Assembly (NCBI GenBank): GCA_040218735.1
Contig: JAVJQW010000033.1
Location: 96,001-160,000, forward strand
Direction: 5' to 3'
Origin: Deltaproteobacteria bacterium
Lineage (GTDB): Bacteria; Myxococcota; Kuafuiibacteriia; Kuafuiibacteriales; Kuafuiibacteriaceae
DNA length: 64,000 bases
Both the position numbers and the translations under genes were made by a program. Shown one piece after another: positions 33,439 to 42,909 of the stretch. The stretch's first letter is position 1; each line of letters starts with the position of its first letter. The notes beneath the pieces were generated by a model. That model did not search any database. It was not told where the DNA came from and saw nothing but the letters and a program-made list of their open reading frames with translations.

Positions 33439-35253
33439 GTGCCCACGCGTGTGAATCGGCCGCGGGTCCCGACGGGGCTCGTCGGCCTGGACGCCGTGGA
33501 GCGCGACGCGAAGCTGCGCGCGAAGAACCCGTCCGCGCCGACGCTGAACATCCCCCTTCAGTTCGGTGAGAACGTCCTCAACTTCGGCCGTGCGCTGGTC
33601 GTCTCCGACCCGGAGCCGGTGGACGGGCGCCCGGGCTTCTTTGCCCGCACCACCGAGTTCGCGATGTCCGGCTCCGCGGGGACCTTCGTGCCGGTGCCGG
33701 TCGCCGGCTACCTCTACGGCGGCGGCCGGCGGGACACGTCGGCGAAGGTCGAGACGATCCTGGCCTCGTCCGCGCCGCTCGCGAAGGTGCCCGCGTCGGC
33801 GGAGGCCGTGTTGGCGATGAAACCTCACGAGTCGGTGGCGATCGAGCGCACCGGGCTCACGAAGCTCTTCGGCGGCAACATGAAGTGCACGCTCGACGAG
33901 TCGACACCCGACGGATCGTGGATCGCGGGCGGCCCGATCGCCGCGGACCTCACCGTGACGATCGAAGGGGAGACGCGCACGGAGATCGAACGCGGCGAAG
34001 GCCGCGAAGTCACGGTGCGCGTGCTCGCCGACACCGAGAAGTCCGTGGACGGCACCGTCGGTGCGCACGTCGGTTTCTACCTGTCGTGGCCGGGGCGCGT
34101 GGCGTGGGAGGTCGTGCGCCGCTTCCGCGACGCGGAGAAGACGGCGACGGAGATGGCCGCGATGCCGACCTGGCGTGAGCACACGTCGGGTGCGTTCGTC
34201 GGGGTGTCGCGCGGTCGCGGTCGCTCGGTGATGGCGGAGCTGAAGCTCGATCTGTCGAAGGCGTCCGCGCGCGAGGCGTACGTCGCGGCGGTGCGCGGGG
34301 ATCTCGAAGCGGGCCGACGCCTCGCGGAGGTGCCGGGCTCAGGAGTGGTCGTCGACGACGCGTACACCACGGATATCCAGCGTCGCGCGGTGCCCGTGAG
34401 CTTCGGTCTGTTCGGTCTCGGCGTGAGCTGGGATCACGTGAAGGAGCGCCACGAGACCGTCGGGTGGATGGAGGGCCAGCCGTACGATCAGACGCGGGAC
34501 GTCGACACCAAGGAGAAGTCGACGACCGGGCTCGACCTGTCGACGCACCACCGCACCGCGACGCTCGACGCGATCACCACGCGCATCGCGGGCGCCGCGC
34601 CGCGGCTCGACGCGCGCGTGGGGTTCACTTCGACGACGTCGGATCCGCTGACGAGCAAGGAGGAGCTCCTCGAAGAGATCGACTTCGTGCGTGCGATGCT
34701 CGACGACGACCGCGAGCCGCCCGAGCTCGCCGAATACCGCGCGCAGATCGACGCGCTGGATCCGTCGCGGTTCATGTGGCTCGGTCCGCGCGACGAAGGC
34801 GGCAAGACGTCCGCGACGATCGACGTGAAGCTCCCGCGCGGCGCCGCGCAGACCCTCGCCGCGATGCCGGAGCAGACGCTCTACGCGACGTGGGCGGAGG
34901 TGTTGGGTGGTCGTCCTGACTGGATCGATCCGGACGTCCGCGCGCGCTACGACCGAGAGTCGACGGACGGGCGCCTCGATGCGCACGAGCTTTCGCCGCA
35001 GTACCTCGATCGTCGCGCGGACTACTTCGCGGCGCGGCAGGTCGTGCGTTCGCTCAAGGCGCTCGGCAAGGGCACGGCGCACCAGCGCAACCGTGCGTTA
35101 CGCGACTTCGTCGGGACGGGATCGAACCGACGACCGCGCCTCGCGCTCGTGGGGCGGCTGTTGGACCCGGACGTTTCGCTCTCGGTCGACAGCAACCGCG
35201 GACCCGCGGGGCGGCTGCTCGACTTTACGTTCACGGCGAAGGCTCGCGCCTGA
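33439..35253 (+). CDS. Hypothetical protein (604 aa, no signal peptide)
   Basis: Long ORF with host-like codon usage and no recognised family. Confidence 0.75.
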   Translation: MPTRVNRPRVPTGLVGLDAVERDAKLRAKNPSAPTLNIPLQFGENVLNFGRALVVSDPEPVDGRPGFFARTTEFAMSGSAGTFVPVPVAGYLYGGGRRDTSAKVETILASSAPLAKVPASAEAVLAMKPHESVAIERTGLTKLFGGNMKCTLDESTPDGSWIAGGPIAADLTVTIEGETRTEIERGEGREVTVRVLADTEKSVDGTVGAHVGFYLSWPGRVAWEVVRRFRDAEKTATEMAAMPTWREHTSGAFVGVSRGRGRSVMAELKLDLSKASAREAYVAAVRGDLEAGRRLAEVPGSGVVVDDAYTTDIQRRAVPVSFGLFGLGVSWDHVKERHETVGWMEGQPYDQTRDVDTKEKSTTGLDLSTHHRTATLDAITTRIAGAAPRLDARVGFTSTTSDPLTSKEELLEEIDFVRAMLDDDREPPELAEYRAQIDALDPSRFMWLGPRDEGGKTSATIDVKLPRGAAQTLAAMPEQTLYATWAEVLGGRPDWIDPDVRARYDRESTDGRLDAHELSPQYLDRRADYFAARQVVRSLKALGKGTAHQRNRALRDFVGTGSNRRPRLALVGRLLDPDVSLSVDSNRGPAGRLLDFTFTAKARA

Positions 35254-35264
35254 CCTCGCTCGTC

Positions 35265-35446
35265 GAGAGCTGACCCGGTGACGAGACGGCCGCTCGCCGG
35301 CCCTCGACGCGCCTGCTCGAACCGCGGCCTTCGGCCGCCCTTTCGGGCCGCTCGGTCCCTGGGACCCACCCAACTCCCTCCGCGGCGGCTCGACCGTGCG
35401 CGCCGATGACTCGACGAGCGCCTCCCTCGTCACCGGATCAGCTCTC
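35265..35446. repeat. MITE/REP-like long inverted repeat element
   Basis: GAGAGCTGACCCGGTGACGAG (35265-35285) and CTCGTCACCGGATCAGCTCTC (35426-35446) are complementary at 20 of 21 positions, with internal hairpins. Confidence 0.7.
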
Positions 35447-37023
35447 TAGCGCCGCTCCTGCGCGGCGACCTCGCGTTCGAGGCGGTCGAGCTCCCGCGCC
35501 CACACGTCCTGCTGACCTTGGTACGTGAACAGGTTGTTGATCTCCGCGACGAGCGCGTCCGCGCCGGCCGTCTGCAGACCTCGCGCGCGCGTGAGCAGGC
35601 GCTTCGTCGCGGTGGGGAGGGCGACGCGCTGAGCCTTCGGAGGAGCCGGCGGCGGCTCCGCCGGGGCCGGTGCAGGGCGCGGACGCGCGCGGGTGCGCTT
35701 CGGCTCCGGCCTGGGTTCGCGCGCCGGCTCCGCTCTGGATTCCGGAGGGGGCTCGGGCTCGGGCGCGACGGCGGCGACCGGGGTCGGCCGCGGGGTGATG
35801 CCGGGCGCCGCGGTCGGCTGCGGGCTCACGGCGACGGGCGGGGCTTCGACCGGTGCGGGCTGTGTCAACTCGTCTTGCAAGACCATCCCGCCACCGACGG
35901 CGCCGGCGAGCAGCGCGATCTGCAGCGCGATGCGCCCCGCGCGAGACTTCTCACGGCGCTCCGGGAGCGGGGTCTGCAGGAGCGCAGGGGTGTTCTCGAA
36001 CGTCGGGTCCGCGGGGACTTCGACCGGAACCTTGGGCTGCGAGAGCTTGGTGTGCCCGAGATCGAGCCGGCCCAGATCGGTGACTTCACTCTTGGAGGCG
36101 GCGAGCTCCTCCCACAGAAGCTGCCCGGCGAGGAACCACGCGGCGCCGGGTGCTTTGCGTTCCCCCGCGATGCGCTCGAGCGCGCGCTCGAACTCGGCCG
36201 CGTTGGCGAAGCGCTGTGCGGCGTCGTGCGCGAGCGCCTTCGCGAGGACGGTGTCGAGCGCGGAGGGGAGCTCGGAACGAACGCTCGACGGCGCGCGCCA
36301 CGGCGGCGCCGCGCACGCGAGGACACGATTGCCGCTCGCCTCCGTCTTCACGAACGGCTCCTGCGTCGCGAGCTCCCACAGGATCAACCCCGCGAGGTAC
36401 ACGTCCGTGCGCTGGTCGGTCGCCTCGCCGAACACCTGCTCCGGCGCCATGTACCCCGGCGACCCCATCACGACGCCGGGCGCGGTGCGCCACTGCTGCA
36501 TCACCGAGCGACCGAGGCCGAGGTCGATGATGCGCGCGTGGGCGTCCTCGCCGAGCACGATGTTGCGCGGGGAGAGATCGCGGTGGACCGCGAGGAGCGG
36601 CGTGCCGTCGTCGAGCGCCGCGGTGTGGATCGCCGCGAGGCCCGCGAGGACGTCGAGCCCGATCTCCGCGGCGGCCTGGAAGGTCATCCGGATGTCGGCC
36701 TTCGCGAGCTCCTCGAAGAGCCGCGCGAGGGTCCACCCCGCGACGTACTCCATCGCGATGTACGGCGTGCCGTCGACGAGGCCGGCGTCGTAGACCCGCG
36801 CGACGTGGGCGCAGTCGATCTTCAGCGCGAGCCGCGCCTCGTGCGCGAAGCGTTGGCGGACCCGCTCCTGGTCCACGAGGTCGGCGTGCATCCGCTTTAC
36901 GACGACGACGCTCGGCCAGCCTGGCTCCGGCTCCAGCACGCGCGCGATGTGGACGTCCCCGGTGGCACCGAGCCCGATGCGCTTCAGGAGGGCGTAGCGC
37001 CCGAAGTACTCGACGTCGTGCAC
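35446..37023 (-). CDS. Membrane Ser/Thr protein kinase with Pro-rich extracytoplasmic tail
   Basis: FGRY, GLGATGDV, HRDLSPRN, DLG and GSPGYMAPEQ motifs, a TM helix and a Pro-rich linker. Confidence 0.9.
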   Translation of the reverse strand: MHDVEYFGRYALLKRIGLGATGDVHIARVLEPEPGWPSVVVVKRMHADLVDQERVRQRFAHEARLALKIDCAHVARVYDAGLVDGTPYIAMEYVAGWTLARLFEELAKADIRMTFQAAAEIGLDVLAGLAAIHTAALDDGTPLLAVHRDLSPRNIVLGEDAHARIIDLGLGRSVMQQWRTAPGVVMGSPGYMAPEQVFGEATDQRTDVYLAGLILWELATQEPFVKTEASGNRVLACAAPPWRAPSSVRSELPSALDTVLAKALAHDAAQRFANAAEFERALERIAGERKAPGAAWFLAGQLLWEELAASKSEVTDLGRLDLGHTKLSQPKVPVEVPADPTFENTPALLQTPLPERREKSRAGRIALQIALLAGAVGGGMVLQDELTQPAPVEAPPVAVSPQPTAAPGITPRPTPVAAVAPEPEPPPESRAEPAREPRPEPKRTRARPRPAPAPAEPPPAPPKAQRVALPTATKRLLTRARGLQTAGADALVAEINNLFTYQGQQDVWARELDRLEREVAAQERR

Positions 37024-37073
37024 GCGAAGGACCGCCCCCTCCAAGGTACAACAAAACCCATTAGACTACGGGG

Positions 37074-39434
37074 GTGCGGTCCCTGGCCCCCGTGTTCGTC
37101 GCCTTGTGCGCGTGTTCGTCGAATCCGCGACTCTCGGTGCCCCCGGAGCTGTCGGACGGCGACGCGGTGGTCTTCTACATCGCGGTCGAGGACGAGGATC
37201 CGGTGCTCTACGCGGCCGACGTCGCGGGGGAGGACATCGTCGTCCCGATCGACCTCGAGCCCGGCCAACGCGTCGAGACGGAGCTCGCGATCTACGACGA
37301 CCGCGCGCTCACCGAGCTGCAGCTCCCCCCGGGGCTCGTCACGTTCGAGACCGAGGGCGCGCCGCTCCCGGAGCCGAGCGCGCACTATGCGCTCACCACC
37401 GACGGCCCGCCCGCGGGGGCGCCGTTTTCACCCCTGGCGTGGTCGAGCTCGCGTCTCGCCGAGGCGCGTCTGTCGCGGTCGTTGCTCGCGTGCCTCGAGG
37501 CGCGCCGCTGCCTCACGGCGGAGGGGCTGTGTGTGGCGTGCGCGGGGCCCGAGCAGATCGATCCGCCGATGTCGCCGAGCCCGGTCGAGGTGACGTGCCC
37601 CACCGGGTGGACGGTGAACACGATCGCCAATCAGGACCCGCCGATTCAGATCTGTGACCCACGCATCGCGCAGGACCGGTTCGACTGCCCGCTCGGCGAG
37701 GCACGCAAGCTCGGCGACGACGCATGTACGCGCGTGGGCCGAGCCTGTCCTGCGGCGGGCCGATTTGCGGAGGGGGTCACGGGTTTGTTCGTCGATCCCA
37801 CCGCGGCCGCGGGCGGTGACGGCACGTTGGCGGCCCCCTACCGGACCCTCGACGAGGCACTCGACGTCGCGGACGGGAGCGCGCCGATCCTCCTCTCCGT
37901 CGGCCGCCACACCTCCGCGACGCGCAACGCGCTCTTGGACGCGGGCACCGCCGAAGCGCCGATCACGATCCGCGGCGCGTGCGCGACCGAGACGACGCTC
38001 GCGGGTGGCTTCGACGGGATGCGTTCGCACCTCCGCCTCGAGGATCTCGCGGTCGACGCGAGCGGCGCGTTCTACGTCGGTGCGGGCGGGAGCGTCGCGC
38101 TGGAGGGCGTGGCGCTCGAGTCCACCGTCGCGCCGATCCCGATCTACCAATCCAACGGGGCGCTGCTGCTGCGTGACGTCGTCGCGGACTCGAGCGGTGG
38201 CTTTGTGCATGCGGTCGAGTCGTCCGTAGTCGTCGACGGCGTCGTCGCGCGCGCGGTCGACGGGCACATCGTCGAGGTGACCGGCGGTCCGTCGGCGACG
38301 GTGCGCGACGCGGTGTTCGTCTCGGGGCGCCGCGAGCGACCGCTGTTGCGGATCGACGAGGCGACGCTCGTTCAGCTCCAGCGCGTCGCGTTCGAGGAGG
38401 CGGTCTGGACCGCCGTGCACATCGACGGCGGCGAGAGCGCATCGATCGAGGACCTGTTCTTCCGCACCGAGTCCGGTGTGCGCTTCCCGACGGTGTTCGC
38501 GGTCGTCGCGCACCGCATCAGCGCGAGCCTGCGACGCGTCTGGGTGCAGGGGGCGCTGGGGTTGTTCCACCTCGAAGCGCAGCTCGACGTCAGCGACGTC
38601 GTCGTGAACCCGGACAGCCCCGGCACGACGCAGGGGAGGCCGGCGGCGATCTGGATGGCCAATGCGTCGAGCGGCGCGCTGCGGCGCGCGGTGGTCTACG
38701 ACGCGCGCCGCCGCGGCATTCAGCTCGAGGCGTCGAACGTGGTGCTCACCGATATTCGCGTGCAGGGCGTGACGCCGGAGGAGGGCGCCGACCCGCCGGA
38801 CTTCCGCGAGGGGACCATCGGCATCTACATCACCGGTGAGCCGGCGACGGAGCTGTCGCGCGTCGTCATCCAGGACGTGGAGGGCGTCGCGCTCGCGCAG
38901 GCCACGGGCATCGCGTCGATCGGGCGCGAGCTGCGGATCAACGACCTCAACGTCAGCGCGTCGGGACCGACCAGCTGCTACGCGCGCGTCGGAGGATTCA
39001 TCGCGGGCGCGACCAACTACGTGATGACGCGCGCGCGGCTCGCGGACCTGCGTGGTCCCGCGATCGGCATGGACCTCGTCTCGGTCGGCGGTGTGCCCGC
39101 GCTCGCGGCGATGGTCGCGGACCACATCACGGTGTCGGGCGTGACGCGCATCCCGGAGTGCCCCGATCTGCCCGGCGCGATCGTCATCGCGGAGGGCGCG
39201 CAACTCGACTTGCGGAACTTCGAGGTCGGGTCGGCCGCCGCGCCGGGGATCGTGGTGCGCCCGAACACGGTGAACGCGGTGGACTACACGCTACTGGACG
39301 GGCGGTCGGGGCGGATCCACGACGTGTCCGTGGGGATTCGGTACGAGGTCGCAGACCCGCGCCTGGACGCGCTGGTGGACGTGAAGATCGAGCCGAGCGA
39401 CGGCGGCGCGGTGATCGAACACATCGCGCCCTAG
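37074..39434 (+). CDS. Cys-rich lipoprotein with DUF1565-like/right-handed beta-helix domain
   Basis: Lipobox LCAC, a Cys-rich segment, FVDPTAAAGGDGTLAAPYRTLDEAL, IRGACATET and beta-helix-like repeats. Confidence 0.8.
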   Translation: MRSLAPVFVALCACSSNPRLSVPPELSDGDAVVFYIAVEDEDPVLYAADVAGEDIVVPIDLEPGQRVETELAIYDDRALTELQLPPGLVTFETEGAPLPEPSAHYALTTDGPPAGAPFSPLAWSSSRLAEARLSRSLLACLEARRCLTAEGLCVACAGPEQIDPPMSPSPVEVTCPTGWTVNTIANQDPPIQICDPRIAQDRFDCPLGEARKLGDDACTRVGRACPAAGRFAEGVTGLFVDPTAAAGGDGTLAAPYRTLDEALDVADGSAPILLSVGRHTSATRNALLDAGTAEAPITIRGACATETTLAGGFDGMRSHLRLEDLAVDASGAFYVGAGGSVALEGVALESTVAPIPIYQSNGALLLRDVVADSSGGFVHAVESSVVVDGVVARAVDGHIVEVTGGPSATVRDAVFVSGRRERPLLRIDEATLVQLQRVAFEEAVWTAVHIDGGESASIEDLFFRTESGVRFPTVFAVVAHRISASLRRVWVQGALGLFHLEAQLDVSDVVVNPDSPGTTQGRPAAIWMANASSGALRRAVVYDARRRGIQLEASNVVLTDIRVQGVTPEEGADPPDFREGTIGIYITGEPATELSRVVIQDVEGVALAQATGIASIGRELRINDLNVSASGPTSCYARVGGFIAGATNYVMTRARLADLRGPAIGMDLVSVGGVPALAAMVADHITVSGVTRIPECPDLPGAIVIAEGAQLDLRNFEVGSAAAPGIVVRPNTVNAVDYTLLDGRSGRIHDVSVGIRYEVADPRLDALVDVKIEPSDGGAVIEHIAP

Positions 39435-39441
39435 AGCCTCG

Positions 39442-40236
39442 TCAGCGCTCACACGCGCCGGTGCCGACGGGGAGGCAGAACCGGTAGCTGTCGTCCCGGT
39501 TCGCCACCAGCACCCCCGCGGCGACGCCCACGACCGCGACGCCCACGCCGATCCCCACCCACGGCCAGGGGGACGACCACACCGATGTCGTCTCCAGCGC
39601 GACGTCGACGATCAGCGTCTGTCGCGCTTCGACGATCACCTCGCGTTCGAGCGGCGCGTAGCTCTCGGCCGTCGCGGTGATGACGTAGCGCCCGGCGGGG
39701 ACGACGACGCCGTCCGGGGGCACGACCTGTGCGCCGAGGGTCACGACGGCGGTCGGGGGTTGGACCTGTGCGCGAAGCACGCCGCCGCGCGGGTGGCCGG
39801 CGCCGTCGAAGATCTCCGCGAAGCGATCGGCGAGGCCTTCGACCGTGGGGCCGCGCGCTTCGAACGCGGTTTGCACCGTGGGTTTCGCGACGCCGGCACG
39901 CACCATCGTAATCGAGACGAGCGGTGGGGCGACTTCGAGGTTGGCGACGACGAGCACCGCGTGGGCGACGCCCGCGGTGCGCAGGCGCGATGCGATGCAT
40001 CGCGTGTCGGCGCGGCACGCGCGCAGCTCACGTCCGAGGGGGCGACCGATGCCGCCCGCGAGATCCTCCGGGCTGAGCGCGCGCAGCGACGGGACGAGTT
40101 GGATGGCGTCGCGCATCGCGCGGTCGAGCGAGGGCTCGTCGAGCGCGCGCGCCTGCGAGCTCACGACGCGGACCACCGTCGCCACCGGCTCGGGGGTCGG
40201 GAGCGCCGCGGCGAGGAGGAGAGCCGGCAGCACCAT
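39442..40236 (-). CDS. PEGA domain-containing exported protein
   Basis: Signal peptide, C..DTRC pair, PEGA-like VQPPTAVVTL...VPAGRYVITATAESY and a WSSPWPW TM tail. Confidence 0.75.
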   Translation of the reverse strand: MVLPALLLAAALPTPEPVATVVRVVSSQARALDEPSLDRAMRDAIQLVPSLRALSPEDLAGGIGRPLGRELRACRADTRCIASRLRTAGVAHAVLVVANLEVAPPLVSITMVRAGVAKPTVQTAFEARGPTVEGLADRFAEIFDGAGHPRGGVLRAQVQPPTAVVTLGAQVVPPDGVVVPAGRYVITATAESYAPLEREVIVEARQTLIVDVALETTSVWSSPWPWVGIGVGVAVVGVAAGVLVANRDDSYRFCLPVGTGACER

Positions 40237-41135
40237 CACGCGTCGTACTGGTCCGGTCGTTGGTCCTCGACGAGCTTCCAGCCCGAGGGGTCGGGGCGAC
40301 GGAGCAGCTCGAGATCGACGTCCGCCAACACGAGCCCCTCGTGGCTGCGGTCGTTCTCGATCGGGCCGTTCGGGCCGGCGACGTAGCTCTCCCCGAAGTA
40401 GTGCACGGCGAACGGCGGCTCGACGCCGTAGCGGTTCGAGCCGGCGATGAAGAGCCGGTGGCGCGCGGCGTCGACGAGGAACTCCATCATCCACATCCGC
40501 TCGGACTTCTCGCCGAACGTGACGGCCGGCGAGAACACGAGCTCGGCGCCGCGCCGTTTGAGCGTCCGCATCACGCCTTCGAAGTGACGGTCGTAGCAGA
40601 TGGCTACGCCGATCGTCGCGTAGCGCGTCGCGAAGACCGGGAAGAGGTCGCCGTCGGCCTCGTCGGCGCGGCCGTAGTAGAAGCCTTCGAAGAAGGTGCC
40701 CTTCTCGTTCGAGCCGTGCGGGATGTGCGTCTTGCGGTAGCGGCCGAGGTTCTTGCCGTCGGCGTCGAGCACGACCGCGGCGTTGAAGCGCCGGCCGTCC
40801 GGCGCGAGCTCGTAGATCGGCGCGACGATGACGATCTGAAGCTCCTCGGCGAGCGCCGACATGCGTCGCACCGTCGGCCCGTCTTCGGCGGATTCGGCGA
40901 GCGCCTTCCACATCTCGATCTTCGTCGCGGCGAAGTACGGCGCGGCGAACAGCTCGCCGAGGCCGATCATCTGCACGCCGGCCGCGACCGCTTCGCGAAT
41001 CAGGCGTTCGTGGTGGTCGAGGTTGGCCTCACGGAGCACCTCGAGGTGGGGAGCGAGTGACTCCAGGTCCTCGATACGCGCGGGCATCGGCGCGTACGCG
41101 TTCCGGGTCTCGGTCATGGCGATGCGTAGGTTCAT
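40236..41135 (-). CDS. Nitrilase/carbon-nitrogen hydrolase (beta-ureidopropionase / N-carbamoyl amidase-like)
   Basis: Catalytic triad E (GELF), K (YRKTHIP) and C (ICYDRHF). Confidence 0.9.
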   Translation of the reverse strand: MNLRIAMTETRNAYAPMPARIEDLESLAPHLEVLREANLDHHERLIREAVAAGVQMIGLGELFAAPYFAATKIEMWKALAESAEDGPTVRRMSALAEELQIVIVAPIYELAPDGRRFNAAVVLDADGKNLGRYRKTHIPHGSNEKGTFFEGFYYGRADEADGDLFPVFATRYATIGVAICYDRHFEGVMRTLKRRGAELVFSPAVTFGEKSERMWMMEFLVDAARHRLFIAGSNRYGVEPPFAVHYFGESYVAGPNGPIENDRSHEGLVLADVDLELLRRPDPSGWKLVEDQRPDQYDA

Positions 41136-41199
41136 CTCGGGTGCGGTCCGCGGACGCTACCTCGGGATCGTCCCTGGATCTACGCGGTCGGCGTCCGCT

Positions 41200-42909
41200 A
41201 TGAGCGAGGTGATGAAGGCTCTACGCCGCGCCGCGTTGGCGTCGATGGTCGCGCTCGGATGCGCCTCGAACGGGAAGGGGAAGGACGTCGTGGCGACCTC
41301 CGCGGCCGGGCTCGACCCGGCGCAGGTCGTCGCGATGTACATCGAGCGGTCCTTCGAGGAGCACCCGGACGTCGCGCGCGGCGCCGGTCTGCACGACTAC
41401 GACGGGCGCGTCGAGGAGGTCTCGAAGGCGGCCGTCGAGCGGCGGCTGGCGCGGGCGAAGGTCTACGTGGAGACCGTGAACGCGATCGATCCGGCGTCCG
41501 TCGAGGATCCGGTCCGCCTCGATCTCGAGCTGACACGGCTCGACGCGCTGCAGACGATCTTCGGAATCGAGCAGACGGAGGAGCACAGGAAGGTGCTGAG
41601 CTACGCCGGGCTCTTCGATACCAGCGGGTACCTCTCGCGCGACTACGCGCCGCTCGAGGTCCGCGTCGGCAAGTTGCTCGACCACGCGGCAGCCGCGACC
41701 GTGCGCGTCGACGACGTGCTCGCGATCCTGGATCCGAAGCAGCCGCGGACGCACCTCGCGACCGCCAAGGGGATGCTCGGGGGCTATCGATCGTTCTACG
41801 AAGGTGACGTCGCGACGCAGTCGAAGCCGGCGCTCGACGCGGAACCCGCGTTGGCGAAGCGCTTCGCGGAGGTGGTGCCGGCGCTCCTCGCGGCCGTGGA
41901 CCGGCTCATCGCGTGGATCGATGCGCACGAGGCCGAGGCGACCGATGACTTCGCGCTCGGCGAGGCGAAGTTCCTCGAGATGCTGCGCGTGAACGAGGAC
42001 CTCGAGATCACGCTGCCCGAGCTCCAACGAATGGCCGATGCGAACTACCGAGCGAACTACGACGCCTACGTAGCGACGGCGAAGCGGATCGATCCGAACA
42101 AGTCGGTGCAGGAGGTCGCCGCGATGGTCGCGGCGGAGCGGCTCCCCGCCGACCAGGTGATCACCACCGCGGCCCAGCAGCTCGACACGCTGCGAGAATA
42201 TATCGAAGCGAATGACATCATCACCATCGGGAGCGACGAGCGCGCGACGGTGAAGGTCACGCCGCCGTTCCTCCGCTTCAACTCCGCGTTCCTCGACATG
42301 GCGGGCCCGTTCGAGAAGGCGAAGGGCAGCTTCTATTACATCTCGCCGCCGGACCCGTCGTGGCCGAAGGCCACGCAGGAGGCGTACATCCCGTGGGCCG
42401 GTGATCTGCTCGGCACTTCGATTCACGAGGTCTACCCGGGTCACTTCGTGCACGGGCTGCAGTTCAGGCGCGCACCGACGAAGGCGCAGAAGATCTACGG
42501 CTCGTACGCGTTCATCGAGGGTTGGGCGCACTACACGGAGCAGATGATGCTCGACGCCGGGTACGGCGACGACGACCCGCGTCTGCGCCTCGGCCAGCTC
42601 TCGAACGCGCTGCTCCGCAACTGTCGTTTCCTCGCGGCGCTCGGGTTGCATACCCAAGGCATGACGGTCGAAGCGGCGGAGACGATGTTCCAGGAGAAGT
42701 GCTTCGTCGATCCCGGCAACGCGCGGCAGCAGGCGTTCCGTGGGACCTTCGATCCGGGGTACCTCAGCTACACCCTCGGCAAGCTCGCGATCCTCGACCT
42801 GCGCGAGAAGTTCTTCGCCGCGAAGAAGACGAAGAGCCTGCGCGCGTTCCACGACTGGCTGCTTTCGTACGGCGGCGCGCCGGTCGCGCTGATCGCGAAG
42901 CGGATGTGA
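41200..42909 (+). CDS. DUF885 family lipoprotein
   Basis: Lipobox ALGC, HEVYPGHF, FIEGWAHYTEQMM, YLSYTLGK and AFHDWLL. Confidence 0.9.
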   Translation: MSEVMKALRRAALASMVALGCASNGKGKDVVATSAAGLDPAQVVAMYIERSFEEHPDVARGAGLHDYDGRVEEVSKAAVERRLARAKVYVETVNAIDPASVEDPVRLDLELTRLDALQTIFGIEQTEEHRKVLSYAGLFDTSGYLSRDYAPLEVRVGKLLDHAAAATVRVDDVLAILDPKQPRTHLATAKGMLGGYRSFYEGDVATQSKPALDAEPALAKRFAEVVPALLAAVDRLIAWIDAHEAEATDDFALGEAKFLEMLRVNEDLEITLPELQRMADANYRANYDAYVATAKRIDPNKSVQEVAAMVAAERLPADQVITTAAQQLDTLREYIEANDIITIGSDERATVKVTPPFLRFNSAFLDMAGPFEKAKGSFYYISPPDPSWPKATQEAYIPWAGDLLGTSIHEVYPGHFVHGLQFRRAPTKAQKIYGSYAFIEGWAHYTEQMMLDAGYGDDDPRLRLGQLSNALLRNCRFLAALGLHTQGMTVEAAETMFQEKCFVDPGNARQQAFRGTFDPGYLSYTLGKLAILDLREKFFAAKKTKSLRAFHDWLLSYGGAPVALIAKRM

